DNA of 64,000 nt from the human T2T-CHM13v2.0 reference genome, Homo sapiens (GCF_009914755.1 NC_060926.1), one strand, 5' to 3'; shown: positions 1 to 15,085, counted from the stretch's first letter. Made by a program: numbers and translations. Notes: generated from the sequence alone by a model not told the origin.

Positions 1-2534
1 CATAAAGCCCTCTCTGTATTATCTCATATGTTTTGCAGTTATCCCCTACCTGTGGTGAGAATGAGACCCAAAGTACAGAAGGAGAAACTGAAACACAAAT
101 AAGTTGATGTTAATCCTTGTGATCTCCAGACTCCACATCTAAAATGTCTTTTCACATTGCACTGAGAATAGGGTTGGGAGGAGAGAATATGGTTACCTAG
201 CTATAGGTAATAATTTATATTAAGTCATGAAACTCTAGATACTCAAAGATGAACAAGTTTATCCTACTGCCTTCAGACCAGCTCAGACCAGCACGTCATC
301 ATTCCCCAACACTAAAAGGCTCTTGAAGGGTGTAGGTTAAGCTTTAAGACCCTGTAAATATAAAGATTCATCTTTATGCCAATAAAAATAATTTCTCTTA
401 CCATTTAAGCCAAACGTTCTTGTTTTACTAAAAATCAAAAGCAACTGGTAAATTTTTTTCCATAAAGAAACGATTGTATGCATTTTGAAATTCCCATTAG
501 GAGCTGGGGACAGATCACCACAATCCAGTAGAGACTTAAGTAGATCATGGCTAGGCTACATTTTGGTAAACCTTCATCCAACTCTGGATCACCCCTCCGA
601 TGTGAACCCTCCAGGAGTCCTTACTGAGAGACTGGTAAGCTCTTTCTGCTTAATAGGTCATGACTCCAATTATTTGTCTCTTTATCTCCATGAGAGTGCC
701 CAAAGATGCCCCACTCGCTTGTCAGAGTGTGACTTTCTGGTTTGCTTCTTAACTTCCTCCTCTGCCCAACTTAAGAATTCCACAAAAACTCAAGGGAAGA
801 TCTGTAAAGGTTGGGTATCTCTAGCATCTTGGCCCCTCGAGCATCTCCCCTCTCTCCAGCATCTTGGTCTCTCAAGTCCTAGGAGCCTTCATAACCCTGA
901 GCTTTAATTGTTTTCTTTGCATTGTGGATTTATCAGAAGTTCTGCTGGCTTCTCTGCCTCTTAGCTGCAAACCCCTCTAGGATTTTTAGACTCTCTCCAC
1001 TGGCCAAGAATGATAAATATCTCTGGAAGGAAAGCAGCTCACAAAATATCAACTCATCTCTCAATAATTACCTTCTTTTCTAGTAACTTGGCCCCTAAGT
1101 TACCTCAACTGTTCACCAAATTCTTCAAATACATCCTTTTTATATTTTGTCCCATTTTTCTATTGTTCTCAGTGGGAGTGTTGTTCTACCATAAGCTAAT
1201 ACATCATGCACTTTAGGATCTACTTTAATGATCTTTTAACTGAACATACATCATAGTTTAACATGACGCAATTTAAGTGCAAGTTCATAAAAGAACTAGC
1301 TCCTGTCCCCATTTTTCTGTGGCATCTTATTATTTCATGTGATATAATTTGAATAATGGAGAAAGGGTGGGTCTCTGCCCAAAAACATTTTATTCACATA
1401 TATTTGTTACTTAAGATCCAACTTTAGGAAATATGTTCAAAGAATTATCTCTGTTCATATATAAATATCTCTAGAAGAAGTTTGGCAGTCATTAACATTG
1501 ATGACGACGGATATCAGACTTTTATAAGAGGAGGAAGATAGAGGAAAAATAGGAGTCCAGGTCCTGCTAAGGAGAGAATTCCATGACCGGGTAGCCAGGA
1601 AAAAGAAAGGAAAGCCACAATGTGAGAAAAGTACCCTGAGAGGATCAAGCTTTTCTATATCCCAATTTTGGCCAGGACTGGCTCTAACCTGTCAGGATAT
1701 TGTACCTCTATCCAGATGAATAAATACTAGGAAGAAGCTTAATGTTCAACAAGGTTGGATACTCTTCTTAGGGGCTGAAAGGGAGCAACTTTGTCTGCTG
1801 GCTTTGTAGAGGGTGTATAGCCCAACTAGGCCTGACCTATTCACTCCTTTTCTAATTTTCTTATTAGTAGACAAATGTTTCCATTGATCCAGCATGTTAA
1901 TTTTTTTTCCCCGAACAATAATGAAACACATGGAAAAGTCTTGTGCTTGCATAGAAAAAAGTAACACATATGAAAGAAATGAAACTTTTGATCTTAAAGT
2001 GCTTGTGCTGTGAACAACATGTGCTAAATCAAACACTTTCTGTATACCCAAACTTTAGTCTTAGATTTGGTTTGGACTAAAGTAAGTTCTATTACTCATT
2101 GTGAAATGGGTGTGTTTCCTGTTTCTCTGGAAATGGGTGCTGGTTTGCATCAAGAGGCTTCATAAAGAAAGAGAAAAACCGCAAATCACTATACATGATC
2201 AACATTTGCCATTCTACTAGCACGTTGCTACAGCTGCTTCCAGCTTTGCTGGGGTAAAACACTGACACCTGTTATTCAGCGAGGTATATGTGGGATGGAT
2301 GGAGCCATGAGAGGGAAGCCACAATGCCAACATGCTGCAAATGGCATTTTATTTGTTTCTAAAATTAAATGAAAATGGTTACAACCCTAGCCAACCTTGA
2401 CCTTGGGCTCTCAGGGCCAAATTTGTTCTAAAACCAAGAAATAACACCTATATCTCAAAGATTCACAGGTGGAAAGAAATGGAAGACTACTCCTACAAGC
2501 AATGATTAATTTCAAATTAGGTGAATAAAAAGGA

Positions 2535-2760
2535 AATAATATTTATTAAACTCCTACCACATACCTGCTAGGCTCAGGGCTTATTGACCTTTTAACATTT
2601 AACTTTCACATTACTCCCATGATAGCTGGGATTATTCTCATTTTTCAAAACAGAAATTCATGGCTCTGAAAATTTGGATCACTTCCTGAGATGACCCCAC
2701 TAATGAATGGTAGGTATGAGATTTAAGGCTGGGTGCTTCTGATTTCAAAGCTCATTGCTC
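2535..2760 (-). mobile_element. MIR SINE remnant
   Basis: Diverged MIR core-like text (attattctcatttttcaaaacagaaattcatggctctga...ttctgatttcaaagctc). Boundaries approximate. Confidence 0.6.
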
Positions 2761-4916
2761 CATGATGCCAAAATATCCACTTTGTATCATCCTGTCTTCT
2801 GGATTTTTTGAAGACCTTACTGCCATAGTAGACCATATTCAATGCCTTTTAAAATCACATGGAGGCATGTGTGCCTTATGTTTCACAGCGAGACAGCTCC
2901 ATACGTAAGTTAAAGCCTGAGCACATAGTTGCCAGGGCCCTGATAATATCACCCTGGCATAAACTGACATAGTGGTAGGCCTCCTCAATTCAAGTTCTGT
3001 CAAATCCAATGACTTAATTAAAGCCCTGGGAATGATGGGAATTTCAATAGCAGGGCACTCTGGGAGCTTTCTATAATCTAAAGCAAATACAGAAATAAAA
3101 CTACAGGAGAGAACCTATCAAAACCACAATATATCTATTACCACGGCTGTTTCTTCTCAGACACTAGGCTCCCTCCTGAGCCTATTATTAAGTGCAAATG
3201 ACCAGGCTCAGTTACTGTTATTTTTAAAAACATTACTTATCGTGCATTGTGTTCTGAAACTTGTTGACTTATTTTAATTTGCATAATTATAGTAATTTTC
3301 TCCTATGTCAATGCTGTAGGATTATATTAGGATTTTGCCTTTTATTTAAAGAACTTTGCAGGTTCAAAAGCACATTGTTGTCATATCACTTTTGACCCTT
3401 TCAGGCAGTTGAGAGGCAGTGATGATGGAAGAATATATTTTGCTAAGTTTACTTCTTGGCTCATGATTGGAAGAACTGGCAGAGGTTTGAGAGACCAAAA
3501 AAGGGAAACAGAAATGAAAGAGATTAGGAGAGTAAAAGAATGTAAGGAGATGTCAAAACAAAGGGAAGACAAGCTCCTCCTCTGTAGAGCTTCTTCAGAG
3601 TGTACTTTAGTGTTTATTATAACATTTGCTTTTTTTTTTTTTTTTTTTTTAGCAACTCAGGGTACTTGGTCACATTTTACAGAAAATGAACTTATGAATA
3701 ATTACTCATCTAGTTTGCCTTAGAGCCAGGTTAGAAAAGAAACCTGTATCTCTCAGCTCTTGATCAAATGTTCTTCTCCATGGAATAAATACTTCGTCCA
3801 AGAAGATTTGCACAGCAAAATATTCAAAGGACTGCTAAGCTATTAGGTGTCCACCCTTACATTGTAGAATAAATCAGGAAGCTTTCCACTGTGTGATCAA
3901 TTCATTTATTTTATTTTTAAGAAAAATTGTCTATATTTACTTACCATATGTCCAGTGCTTAAATTCTACTTCCCCAAGTATTTTCACAGGTACCCCCAGG
4001 TTCTTCTGGTATGTCTTGAAACCAAAAAAATAACAAACCCCTGATAACATCAAGACAGCAGGATTCAGAACTTGGCTCCTGCCCATCAATCCCAAGTCCA
4101 AGGCTGTCCAAGGAAAGTACAGTCAGGTTCACATAAAATCCAAAACACTCTCCCCGAACTCCAAAAGGGAGATGAAGATAGAAGCTCATGGCCCTAGAAG
4201 ATGCCATTACCATTCTGTTCCTTATTTCTCTTTTTTCTAAAGCTCTGTGGCCCCTCAGTCAGTGGAAGGACAATCAAGCAATTGAAACAGCCCAGAAGGA
4301 CATGGGAAGAAAGGGGGCAGCACAGGGACGCCAATAAAGCTTACTAGTCTTGTAGAGAAGAAGAAGGGTTTCTGCATGGGCCATCTGACCCTGCAGATGA
4401 ATTTCCAACTTTCTTCTAAGCACGGTCCACTGGATCACTCATCATGCCTTCAAATGCCACAAGATCTAAGTCAAATATATCCTCTTCTCCTCTTAAGCCA
4501 GTTTTTCTTTATAATTCTAAATTATAGAATTATAATTTACTACTTACTGCAGGAAGGTTATGAGGACCAGATGAAAGAGAGAATATACAAACATCTGTAG
4601 GCACTCAGAAAAAGTTGCATCAACTCTTAAAATGATTTTTCTCATTTCCAGTGTCATCACACAAATTAAGCCTTTATTGGAACTCACACTGATAATTGCA
4701 ATATGTTCTGGCTTAATGGCTCTCAAGTGCATTGGCCCTAGTGTTCTCTTCCAGTATTATACACGTATGGATGCCACAGTCAAAACATCCCTCCCTGTTA
4801 TCAGAACACCCCTATGCTTCCTCCCTATTTCTCGGTTTCTTCCCTAGTATCCCCTTCCCATGGAATGTTCTGCTTTCCCTTCTCTTAGCGCATCTCGAAT
4901 TTCTTTACTTCCATAA

Positions 4917-5424
<508 letters not shown>

Positions 5425-5779
5425 GGAAATACTTTTTTTAACTGATCATATAGTAACATAGGATACTATCAAATTGAATTGTAATTACTTAGGAAAGAAA
5501 ACTATACAGCCAGCTTTGAGATTCCCAGAGATTACTTAAGATGTCACCAAAACATGATTGAAAAATCAGTCACTAATCTGAACCAAGGCAACTCTAAAAT
5601 AAGCTATTATGTCTTAGAATAGAAATAAGAAATGTTTTAGCTACAAAAATAATAGTATTGACTTTAAATATGTTATTGAAAATAATCTCTCTTATTTGTG
5701 AATATATATTCACATATATGGTGACATATATGGCATATATATATATTCATACATATATATTGATGACATATATATATAT

Positions 5780-5915
5780 GTGTCACCAATAAGAAAGCTG
5801 AGGCTTAGCAAGAATGAATAGTTTGTGTAAGGCAGCATAGGTAAAGAAGAGTTAAACCAAGACTCAAGACAAGCCTTTCTGTCTTCACTGGCTGTGCTTT
5901 TCTCATCACTTTGCA
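5780..5915 (-). mobile_element. MIR fragment
   Basis: aataagaaagctgaggcttag...taaggcagcataggtaaag resembles the MIR core. Confidence 0.5.
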
Positions 5916-6030
5916 CCAACTGCTAGAGTTTTATCAACTCTACTTATGAAAACTTCAAGTCCTTCCTGGGTTTGGGAATAGGCAAAGAAAGATTAAAATA
6001 CAGCATTTCCTGAGTCACGATGTTATAATC

Positions 6031-6247
6031 TAGGGCTTGGCAAACTTTTGCTGTAGAGGACCAGATAGTAAATATTTTAGGCTTTGTGGACCATATGGTC
6101 TACTCAAATCTGCCATTATTCTGTGAAAGCAGCCACAGAAAATATGTGATGGAATAAGCATGGCTGTGTTCCAATAAAACTTGGGAAACTTTAGAAAAAT
6201 CAGACAGTGGACCCAATCAGGCCTGCAGGGTGTAGTTTTGACCCCTG
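6031..6247 (-). mobile_element. MER58A-like non-autonomous hAT-Charlie DNA transposon
   Basis: Terminal inverted repeats tagggcttggcaaac / gttttgacccctg. Internal ccagatagtaaatattttaggctttg and ggctgtgttccaataaaact. 8-bp TSD ttataatc / ttaaaatc (7/8 match). Confidence 0.85.
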
Positions 6248-8589
6248 TTAAAATCTACAATAAAGGTTCACCTACTGTCATGGCAAAGACGTCGGCAAAG
6301 TGCTGTCTTGTGCTAGTATGAAACATTAATGAATTAATCATTCATATTACACTTGTATTAGATATTTAGGGCACAATACTGCATAAAACATGGAAATTGA
6401 CAAAATTATACATAATTACAACTCCGAAACACATGTTATTCCCACAACAGAAAATGAGATAATCTACTAAAACACATTTTAAAAATCTGAAAGTGGAAAG
6501 CATTTCTTTCCTGCAGTTGTTTGAATTTAGAGTATGTCATTAATAGATTTTAAGTCCAGAAAATAAATGAAGCCAAATACCTATGACCTTTGGTTTCTAC
6601 ATTCCCACTCCTAAAATAAATGATCCATTCCAGTGAGTGTGCACTATAGTACCCCAGACTAGAGATGATTCAATAATAACCTAATCTTTCTTAAGAAGAG
6701 GATTGTGTAGGAAATCACAGCATGCAGGATATAACTTGCTCTTAATAGAGATGTTTTGTTTTCATATAAGTGAGTGGAAATATTTGACCCAACATGGCAG
6801 ACAATTTATTTATAGAGAAAATGCCTCTTTCCCTTGTGAGCTGGTTGAGAGCATTCCCTGAGATCTTCAGGTTGGTCATACAATTGTGGAAAGCTCACAC
6901 AATGTGAGGTTATGGCTGAGTAAAGAATAGGAGGCACACTGCTTTGCTGTCTCTCCGGGAAGCCTGCCCTAACCTCCACAGCAGAAACTCTATCTCCTTT
7001 AGATCTTCTCTTATACTCATGGTTCAGAGCCCTCATTTGTTCCTATGTACTGTCTGGTATTGTTACCCATTTATTTCAAATATATGTCTTATTTTTAGAA
7101 TTAGATTGTAATCTTTGAAATGGGATACATGGGAGTCTAAACCTCAATTTCACTTTTTATTAGCTTTGTGATTGTTGCCAAACTATTCATCTTCTGTGAA
7201 TCAGTTGCAGATAGTAATAGCATCTATTTCATAGGCTTTTTGTTGGCTCACATTTAGTAACCAGCATAACCATTGTCACCACCATCACTATCATCGGTAT
7301 TTTCATGCCTTCTCCTCTATTAAGTTTTCATTAACTGCCCAACCACAATTCATTGTTCACCACCTCACAGAATTTTCAGCATTGCCAAATACTTTATCAT
7401 TTTTATGCTCATTAGGTCAACCTACTCCCAACAGAATTACCTTCACTTATTTATGTCCTGGGATTGTTATTGAGGGTAGACATAAAAAAAAAATTCATTT
7501 GAAAACCACCTATCTGTTTGAGGTACAGCTATAGATAAAAAACACTATGTTGTTCAATGTTCCTTTTATAAGGTCAGTTGTGATATGAATTAACCGAGAA
7601 AATGTCACCTTTTCTCAAAAATCAGAACACTACTTTCCAAGAGTAATAAGAATTATCTAACTACATTTTACTTGTTGCCCTAGATTCTCTGGATTCTGAG
7701 TGGTAATACCTCCTATTTTGTATGTTTCTTTTTTCTTTTGTGGGGCTTTGATTCTTTAAAAACAGTTCAGTGACATATATATTAACATCTCTCAATTTAC
7801 ATGTTGGTTAGTTTCTTGGAAAGTGGCAAGTGATTCAAAAACACTTAAATCAAACTTAAATTTGACATAATAAAAAAGGAGATATATTTTGGTAGGTTAA
7901 AAAAAAACAGTTTATGCTCCCCTTTTTTTTCCGTATCACATCAATATGAACTGCAAATAAACATTTTATGTAAACATGTGAACATATTAAAAATGTTTAT
8001 TCATGAACAGAAACAGAGTCCCTGAGACTGTCCAATAGATCTACAATAACATAAGGCATGAAACCATTGGGAATTACCGCATACAAAGTGTTGCACACCA
8101 AGGTGAAAGATAAAACCCATAATGCTCATTAATTCACCTTTTTTAATGCATCTGAGAGCCTAGATTTTTACTCCACTGGTGTCAGCCTTTTTCTATTTCT
8201 TTTTCTGTGGGCCTTCTGGCTCACATTGTATTTTTTAGTCACGATTTTTACTTGAGATGGACACAGGACTCCATAAGGCATAATCTCAGGATACTTGAAG
8301 GGTATACATAGTAACTTAAAAGGATTTTGTGAGTGCTGGCCAAGCAGTCACTGTGCATTATGACGAGGGTAATGCCACATGCTGTCGACCTGACCACCAG
8401 GCAGTACTCTCAAATTAATGAAGGAACCCCTCATGCACATAAAATCTGGCAGGCAGTTTAAATCATGCCATTCTAAACTTAGGACACATATCTGCTAAAT
8501 ATTGTTAATTTCCTTATCACTTTCTTTCCATAACTTGCAAATAAAATACACACAAATTTACACATTGATAAATAGGTTTAGAAATACAT

Positions 8590-8770
8590 AGTTTTAAGTT
8601 GAATCAAATATTCAACTTCTATAAGCCCTCATTTTCCTAATTATAAAACAATACTAGTATATCTCTTTCATGGAGTTGTTGTGAGAATTATATGAAATAA
8701 TGCTGTTTAGTGTTTAACAGCATGCCTGACACGGTGAGTACTCATTAAGTGTTAGTCACTGTTCTTGGCT
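8590..8770 (+). mobile_element. MIR fragment
   Basis: ccctcattttcctaattataaaac...gttgttgtgagaattatatgaaataatg...catgcctgacacggtgagtactcattaagtgttag matches the MIR 3' half. Confidence 0.7.
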
Positions 8771-9602
8771 ATTACTGAAAAGTGACAGATGTCAGTAAAT
8801 AAAAGTATTTACTGGGGTCTACTCTATCTCTAACGCTTCAAGCCAGTCTGATACATAAATTTAAAATGCCCCTATTGGTTCATGGAGGTGAAGAATAAAC
8901 ACCAGTCAACATTTGTTCTAACCTTATTTCCACCAAATCCCACCATTTAGCCCTAACGTTGGAAACTTCAACTAACAGTTAGCAACCAGAAACATGTGCA
9001 TCTATCTTGCAGACCAACAATATTATAATTTCCTTGTGTGTAAAACTCTGTCTCTTTGTATCCATCCTTACACCCTCACCTCAGCTTTTCTACATTATGA
9101 AAGCTCAATGACAGTTAACAACCTGGCTTCCTATCCATTACACTAACCTCTGTTATCCAAGCACGGAACAACCCTCAAGCAGCAAGGAAAAAAAGAAAAA
9201 AATGAAAAAAAAGTCCTATCCTCTCTTCTCCCAGCTCATCTGCAGCTAGAGCTATGAAAGATATTTATGTCAAGTCACCCATCATTCAAGCTGAACTTGC
9301 ATCAAGACAACACTATTTACAGACACTCTTATATAAGGAAAGCTAGGAGCAGCCAGTGATACATTTAAATGCAGAAGTATTCCAGAGGCCAAAAGGATGT
9401 AAATGGAATTTTCACAGCCAAAGCTTCATGGGAAAGCTTTTAAATTTTCCATTAAAAATCTGAGTAATTATTAGGGATAAATTTTAACAACCTGCAAGTA
9501 AATTTGCAACAAGTCCCCGGGTAATTCTGAGCCTCTCTTTATCTTTTCTTTTCAGCTCTCAGAATCCTAAATAGATTCAACCCTTTTTCCAAATGGACTG
9601 TC

Positions 9603-9607
<5 letters not shown>

Positions 9608-9635
<28 letters not shown>
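9608..9635. repeat. (CA)n microsatellite
   Basis: Direct observation. Confidence 0.95.
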
Positions 9636-9637
<2 letters not shown>

Positions 9638-9819
9638 GTTGTGCTCAAGCTAATATGTGCTTACAGAGAGCTGATTGTTATTCCGGAAATTGTAAACTGA
9701 TTGATACACTGTTTGTAGCTGAAATTGGCCATGGTGGGAAATATTTACACCACAGAAATCAGCAAACTCTACAAATCAGGCCTTTTTTTCCCCAGACAGT
9801 GAGTTCACCAGCACAGGTT
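9634..9819. mobile_element. MER63-like hAT (Blackjack) MITE
   Basis: Starts cagtgttgtgct and ends ccagcacaggttg. Internal ttggccatggtgggaaatatttacaccacagaaatcagcaaactctacaaatcagg resembles recalled MER63A. Confidence 0.6.
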
Positions 9820-11059
9820 GACTAATGTGCTGTTATTTGTGGAATTACAAGAAGTTATCAGGACTCAGCCTGGGGACATCTATAACAAAGCAAGAGTAAG
9901 ATTTCCAAAAGAGAGCTCAGATGACTGAGAGAATGGCCAGCTATCAACAAAGCAAACATTTTAAAGGTAAGTTTGGGGAAATCAGACCCTGTATATTGTT
10001 AAAACACTAATACAATTTTTAACACTGCCTATGATGGTGACTCTTTTACCTATGCTCTAAAAAGCCAGTCAAGTTTTGGATCAGCCTAGGAATTCTATGT
10101 ATACTATAGCTGTTTTCTGGACTAAGAAGACTGATAGAAAATAATAATGGCTCATAATAATGTAAATGTGGCTCAATCATTAGGAACAACATATGTGAAT
10201 AACTGACCTGGTAATTCAGGGCCCCAAATGCTTTCTAACAGTGATTTCATGGACCAAGTCATTGTCAGTGCTCCTAATACTTAGGTACAAAGTGGATTCT
10301 CTAAATTAACAACGCAGCACACAAAGTCCCTGACAGTCCTATCTCTGTTCTGTGACCCATACATCAAAACCTATTCATTCTTTAAGACAAGGAGGGTGAC
10401 AGAAAGATTCAAGCACAACTAAAGGCATTAAATATCTCTGGATCATCATGAGGAGGCAGAGGGAGGAGTAACACCAGTTGTGACAGGAATGGAGGAGCTT
10501 AATTTTAAATTGCTAAGATTAATCATCATTTCACAGTTATAAAACTACACATTTAACTTTCTTGCACTTTTTTCCAGAAGCAATTTCTTACAATATTTGT
10601 CTAAATGCAGACATTATATAAAAAAATAAACATTAATATATACCCTAAATGGTGTCAAAACTAGAACAATCAACATCTTAAAATGAATTCAGGTTTGTAA
10701 AAGGAAGAACATAAACAAGTTTTAAGCATTAAGCAAATAACCATCAAAAATAATTTTTAAGCACCAAGTGTTCACACAGCATTGCCTTCACTATATAAGT
10801 CGAAGGCAAATATAAGCTGAAGAAGTACTTCATCTTCCAAAGCCAAGAAATCGATATCTTAGTTTTATGAATAATTTTCATAGAAAATGTTACAGATGAA
10901 CTCATAAAGCTTCTAGAATTTACTTTTTTATTTCCTGAACTTACTTTTAAGGATCAATGTAACAATACACAGTAACAGGTAGCCACACATGACTTCTTCC
11001 TTACATGACTCTTGTAAACTTAGGTTATTTTTACATTTTTAAAATATTATATGAAAATT

Positions 11060-11147
11060 ATATATACACATATACCCACACATATATATACACGTGTGTA
11101 TATATGTGTGTGTGTGTGTGTGTGTGTATGTGTGTATATATATATAT

Positions 11148-11184
<37 letters not shown>
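11060..11184. repeat. Compound (TA)n/(TG)n microsatellite
   Basis: Direct observation. Confidence 0.95.
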
Positions 11185-11188
<4 letters not shown>

Positions 11189-11588
11189 TACTATAAGGAA
11201 TTGGCTCACATGATTATAAGAAGTCCAAGATCTGCAGTTGAGCCAATGGTATAGTTCTAGTCCAAGGCCAAAGGCCTGAGAACCAGGTGAGCTGATGGTA
11301 AATTCCAGTTCAAATCCAAAGGCAGGAGAAGATCAATGGCCCAGTTTAAAGACAGTCAGGCATGAAAAACAATTCTTTCTTACTCCACCTTTTATTCTAT
11401 TCTGGCCTTCAACAGATTGGATGAGGCCTATCCACACTGGGGAGGACAATTTGCTTTACTTATTCTACCAATCCAAATGTTAACTTCATCCTGAAACACC
11501 CTCACAGACATACCCAGAAATCATGTTTAATCAAATATCTGGGAACCTCCTAGCCCATTCAAGTTGACACATAAAGTTAATCATCATA
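11185..11588 (-). mobile_element. MLT1A-like MaLR solo LTR
   Basis: taaggaattggctcacatgattat...aggcctgagaaccagg...aagttgacacataaagttaatcatca is typical of MLT1A. Confidence 0.8.
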
Positions 11589-12923
11589 CTGCCCAGTTGT
11601 GTAAGTTCCTAACTATAAGTCACTCAATATGACCATGGACCTTCCATTTTTTCAGAGCAAATAGAAAGTCATACATATATTTTTCTTGTCATATTTCCAA
11701 TAAAATACATATGTTTTCTATTGGTTCTGTGTCTCTGGAGAACCCAGACTAATACAGATAGTAATCTTGTCTCTGACTTCATTGTCTATTCTTATATATT
11801 TTGTTGTTGCTGCTGCTGCTGTTTTTTATTTGCTTTTGCATTTGCCAAACTTTTCAGCTTTTTATGTCTATTTTTTATATTGAAACATTTCTGTAAATAT
11901 CTTAATACTTCTTAGGGCAATGCAAAATATACATAAGTAAATAAAACATTTTCTATGTCATTTTCTTTAATCTTTAAAAATCAACAGATAAAAGTTTTTA
12001 ATATTTTTTAGCTACTTTTACCTTTTCATTAAGATTTTACTATTCTTTTCCTTTGCCTAATATCTATGGAGTGGTTGGTTATGTTTGTTTGTTGGTTGTT
12101 TTAACTAACAATAAATAACTATTATTTTATTAAGGCTAATGCATATGATGTAAATACATTTTTCAATTTGCTACTTGTCTTTTAAATGTTTATGCTGCAT
12201 TTTGCTATACAGAAGTCTTTTACATCCTGTAAGAAGTCAAACTTTTTTTCTCTCTTAGTTATGGTTTTCCTTTTGATCTCATGTTACAAAGCCCTTTTAT
12301 AGTCTAGCATCATAAAGACATTTACCTAGTTTCTCTAAATTAATGTTTTATTCTTAACAGTTTTAGTTCTTCTGAAGCTTATTTTTAATAACTTTTAAAA
12401 TATCTTACTATTTTTACACCCATTAACCAACTATTTCATCTTTTACCACTGATTTTACACAACATACACAACTTATTATGTATTAGGTCTCTTTCTTGGC
12501 TTTCACTTCTGTTCATTTAAAATTTTCCATCTATTTTGGAGCTACTACAGTTCTACTACAACTATTTTAACTTTATAATTGGCTTCAGAATCTGGCAGTA
12601 TAAGTTCCCACTCCTCACTCTTCTTCTTAAAAATCTCCAGGTATTTTTTCTTCCCAGTTTTTCACATAAATATGAGAATTATTATTAATCCTCCGTATTG
12701 ATACACATATATATATAGACACACACACTCAAAGTTATATTTGGATTTGTATTAAATTTATGAATAACTTAGATGGCTAGATAATACAAATGTTTATCAG
12801 CCTGATAGAAATAAAAAAGGTACTGTCTTTGATGGCTTTGTTCCCGAACTGGTAAAGTCACAGCATATTTAGTTTGACCTGATCTGGTAAAGAACTTCCA
12901 AATAAATCAAAACTGGATAGTCA

Positions 12924-13455
12924 TTTTTTAAACTATATTTTAAGTTCTGGGATACATGTGTAGAACATGCAGGTTTGTTACATAGGTATACACGTGCCAT
13001 GGTGGTTTGCTGCACCCATCAACCTGTCATCTACATTAGGTGTTTCTCCTAATGCTATTTCTCCCCCAGCCCCCCACCCCCTGACAGGCCCTGGTATGTG
13101 ATGTTCCCCTCCCTGTGTGCATGTATTCTCATTGTTCAACTCCCACTTACAAGTGAGAACATGCAGCATTTGGTTTTCTGTTCCTGTGTTAGTTCACTGA
13201 TAGTGATGCTTTCCAGCTTCATCCATGTCCCTGCAAAGGATATGAACTCATCCTTTATATGGCTGCATAGTATTCCATGGTGTATATGGGCCACATTTTC
13301 TTTATCCAGTCTGTTATTGATGGGCATTTGGGTTGGTTCCAAATCTTTGCTATTGTGAATAGTACTGCAATAAACATACGTGTGCATGTGTCTTTACAGT
13401 AGAATGATTTATAATCCTTTGGGTGTATACGCAGCAATGAGATTGCTGGGTCAAA
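12924..13455 (-). mobile_element. L1PA (about L1PA7-8) 3' end, 5'-truncated
   Basis: ttttaagttctgggatacatgtg...catgcaggtttgttacatagg. The minus-strand ORF TCTRMFIAVLFTIAKIWNQPKCPSITDWIKKMWPIYTMEYYAAI matches the L1 ORF2 C-terminus. Confidence 0.93.
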
Positions 13456-14683
13456 TTTTTAAGCTCCATGGTAGAAACTTGGATTTGAAACTTAGGGATC
13501 TGTCCTAAAAAATCTTTTCTAGTATAAATCCTGTATTTCAAGGAAGATAATAATGTTAATGGGAAAAATACTTCTTTAAAGGCCAGTAGCCTAAAATACT
13601 CACTAGCTTTTGGCTTTCTTTGCTTTTCTTGGTATGTTCCTTCCTTCTTTCTCACATATTTAGCTTGTCAACATTCTGTATCTAAGATGTTCATTCAGCT
13701 AATGCATAGTTTATCATTTGAGAATATAATCATTGATTTTGCTCTACAAAATCCATAAGAAATATATTCTAATTTGTGAAGTAAGATGAACATGATCCTC
13801 AAGGTTACATAATTTAGATTTTACCAATTGTATTGGTCTTTCAGTGCAAACATGTTTTCATAATTATATATTAAGAAATCATTAAATGTTAATATGAAAT
13901 TATTTTATAATGCAATCAAATACAAAGCATTTTGGTTTGGTCTATTAAGCAACATAATGCATGTGTGTGTGCATGTGTGTGTTTATTCATGCTTTATCTG
14001 GGAAAATATTTATTTCTGTCTTGAGGCTTCAGAGGTTTGCTTAATTGGGTCTTCATGTTGCCATAACCCAGCACAAGCTGTGATGGTAATTGTTATGTGA
14101 CTAATAACACATGGCAAAAAATAAACAATAAAACATATCTACCTATATCTAGGGTATGTATGCCATAGAAAGTAATAGATTTTTATCTATGTTAAGTACA
14201 ATGAATGGATTAAGTTGAAAAAGATCATGTACATCATTAATTACAAATTATTCATTTCATAGATGAGAAAACAGAGGCTCCAAGATCACGCAGGCCATAT
14301 AGGGCCATATGCATTTGTCAGTCAAGCTCACTGAGACCCAGTTTCTTTCTCTGTAAAGAGATTCTATGATGATGACAGGTCAAATTTAAAAGATTGATAA
14401 TTATATTATATGGCAAATAAAAGCATAGACATTACAATGAAATAACTGCTTTATCTCAACAAAATCTTAGAGAGAATGGGAAACTGAGTCCAAAATTGCA
14501 ATGAGAAGAGTCTTCATAGAGTGCTAGAACCAAAAGTTCTGGACTTGAGCATAAGAAACCCAAGATGGATCCTGGTAGGCAAGAGCAGTTGCAGCAGACG
14601 GAGAAAAAGTCTTCTGCCTCTGGCTTTTATGCTGCAGGTTTTGGTGCTGTGAGATAGGCATTATCACTCATCAATCCACAAGC

Positions 14684-14912
14684 ATATAGTACAGTATTAT
14701 TCACTACAGTCATCATACATGAGGTCTCTAGAACTTAGTCATTCTACATAACTAAAACTTTTAGATCTTGAATAGTCTCATCACACACACATAGAAAAGG
14801 TAACTATGTGAAGTGATGGGTATTTCAATTAACTTGACTGTAGTAACAATTTCACAATGTACATTACATTGTCCAACAGAAACATAAATAATTTTTATAA
14901 AATAAAAACAAA
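14684..14912 (+). mobile_element. Short L1MA 3' end with inverted 5' segment
   Basis: 14684-14761 is antisense L1MA 3'UTR. From 14762 the downstream sense sequence follows (tagatcttgaatagtctcatcacacacac...aaggtaactatgtgaagtgatgg) and ends in an A-rich tail. Confidence 0.65.
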
Positions 14913-15085
14913 AGGTTGTTAAAAAGCTATAGGCAGAAAGTAAATACAGTGGAGAAAATCTAATTTGTCTTTTTCTATTTTGAATGACTGCATGAGTATT
15001 ACATTCTCACTTATGAAACTTCAAACAAATCGAAAATATGGGCAGTAAGAAATGAAAGTCCCATTCTATCCCCCACCCCTATACA

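Noticed and set aside
9796-9972. Plus-strand exon candidate (ccccag| ... aag|gtaagt)
   Set aside because: The acceptor lies within a MER63-like repeat and there is no recognisable coding content. Such motif pairs arise by chance in 64 kb.
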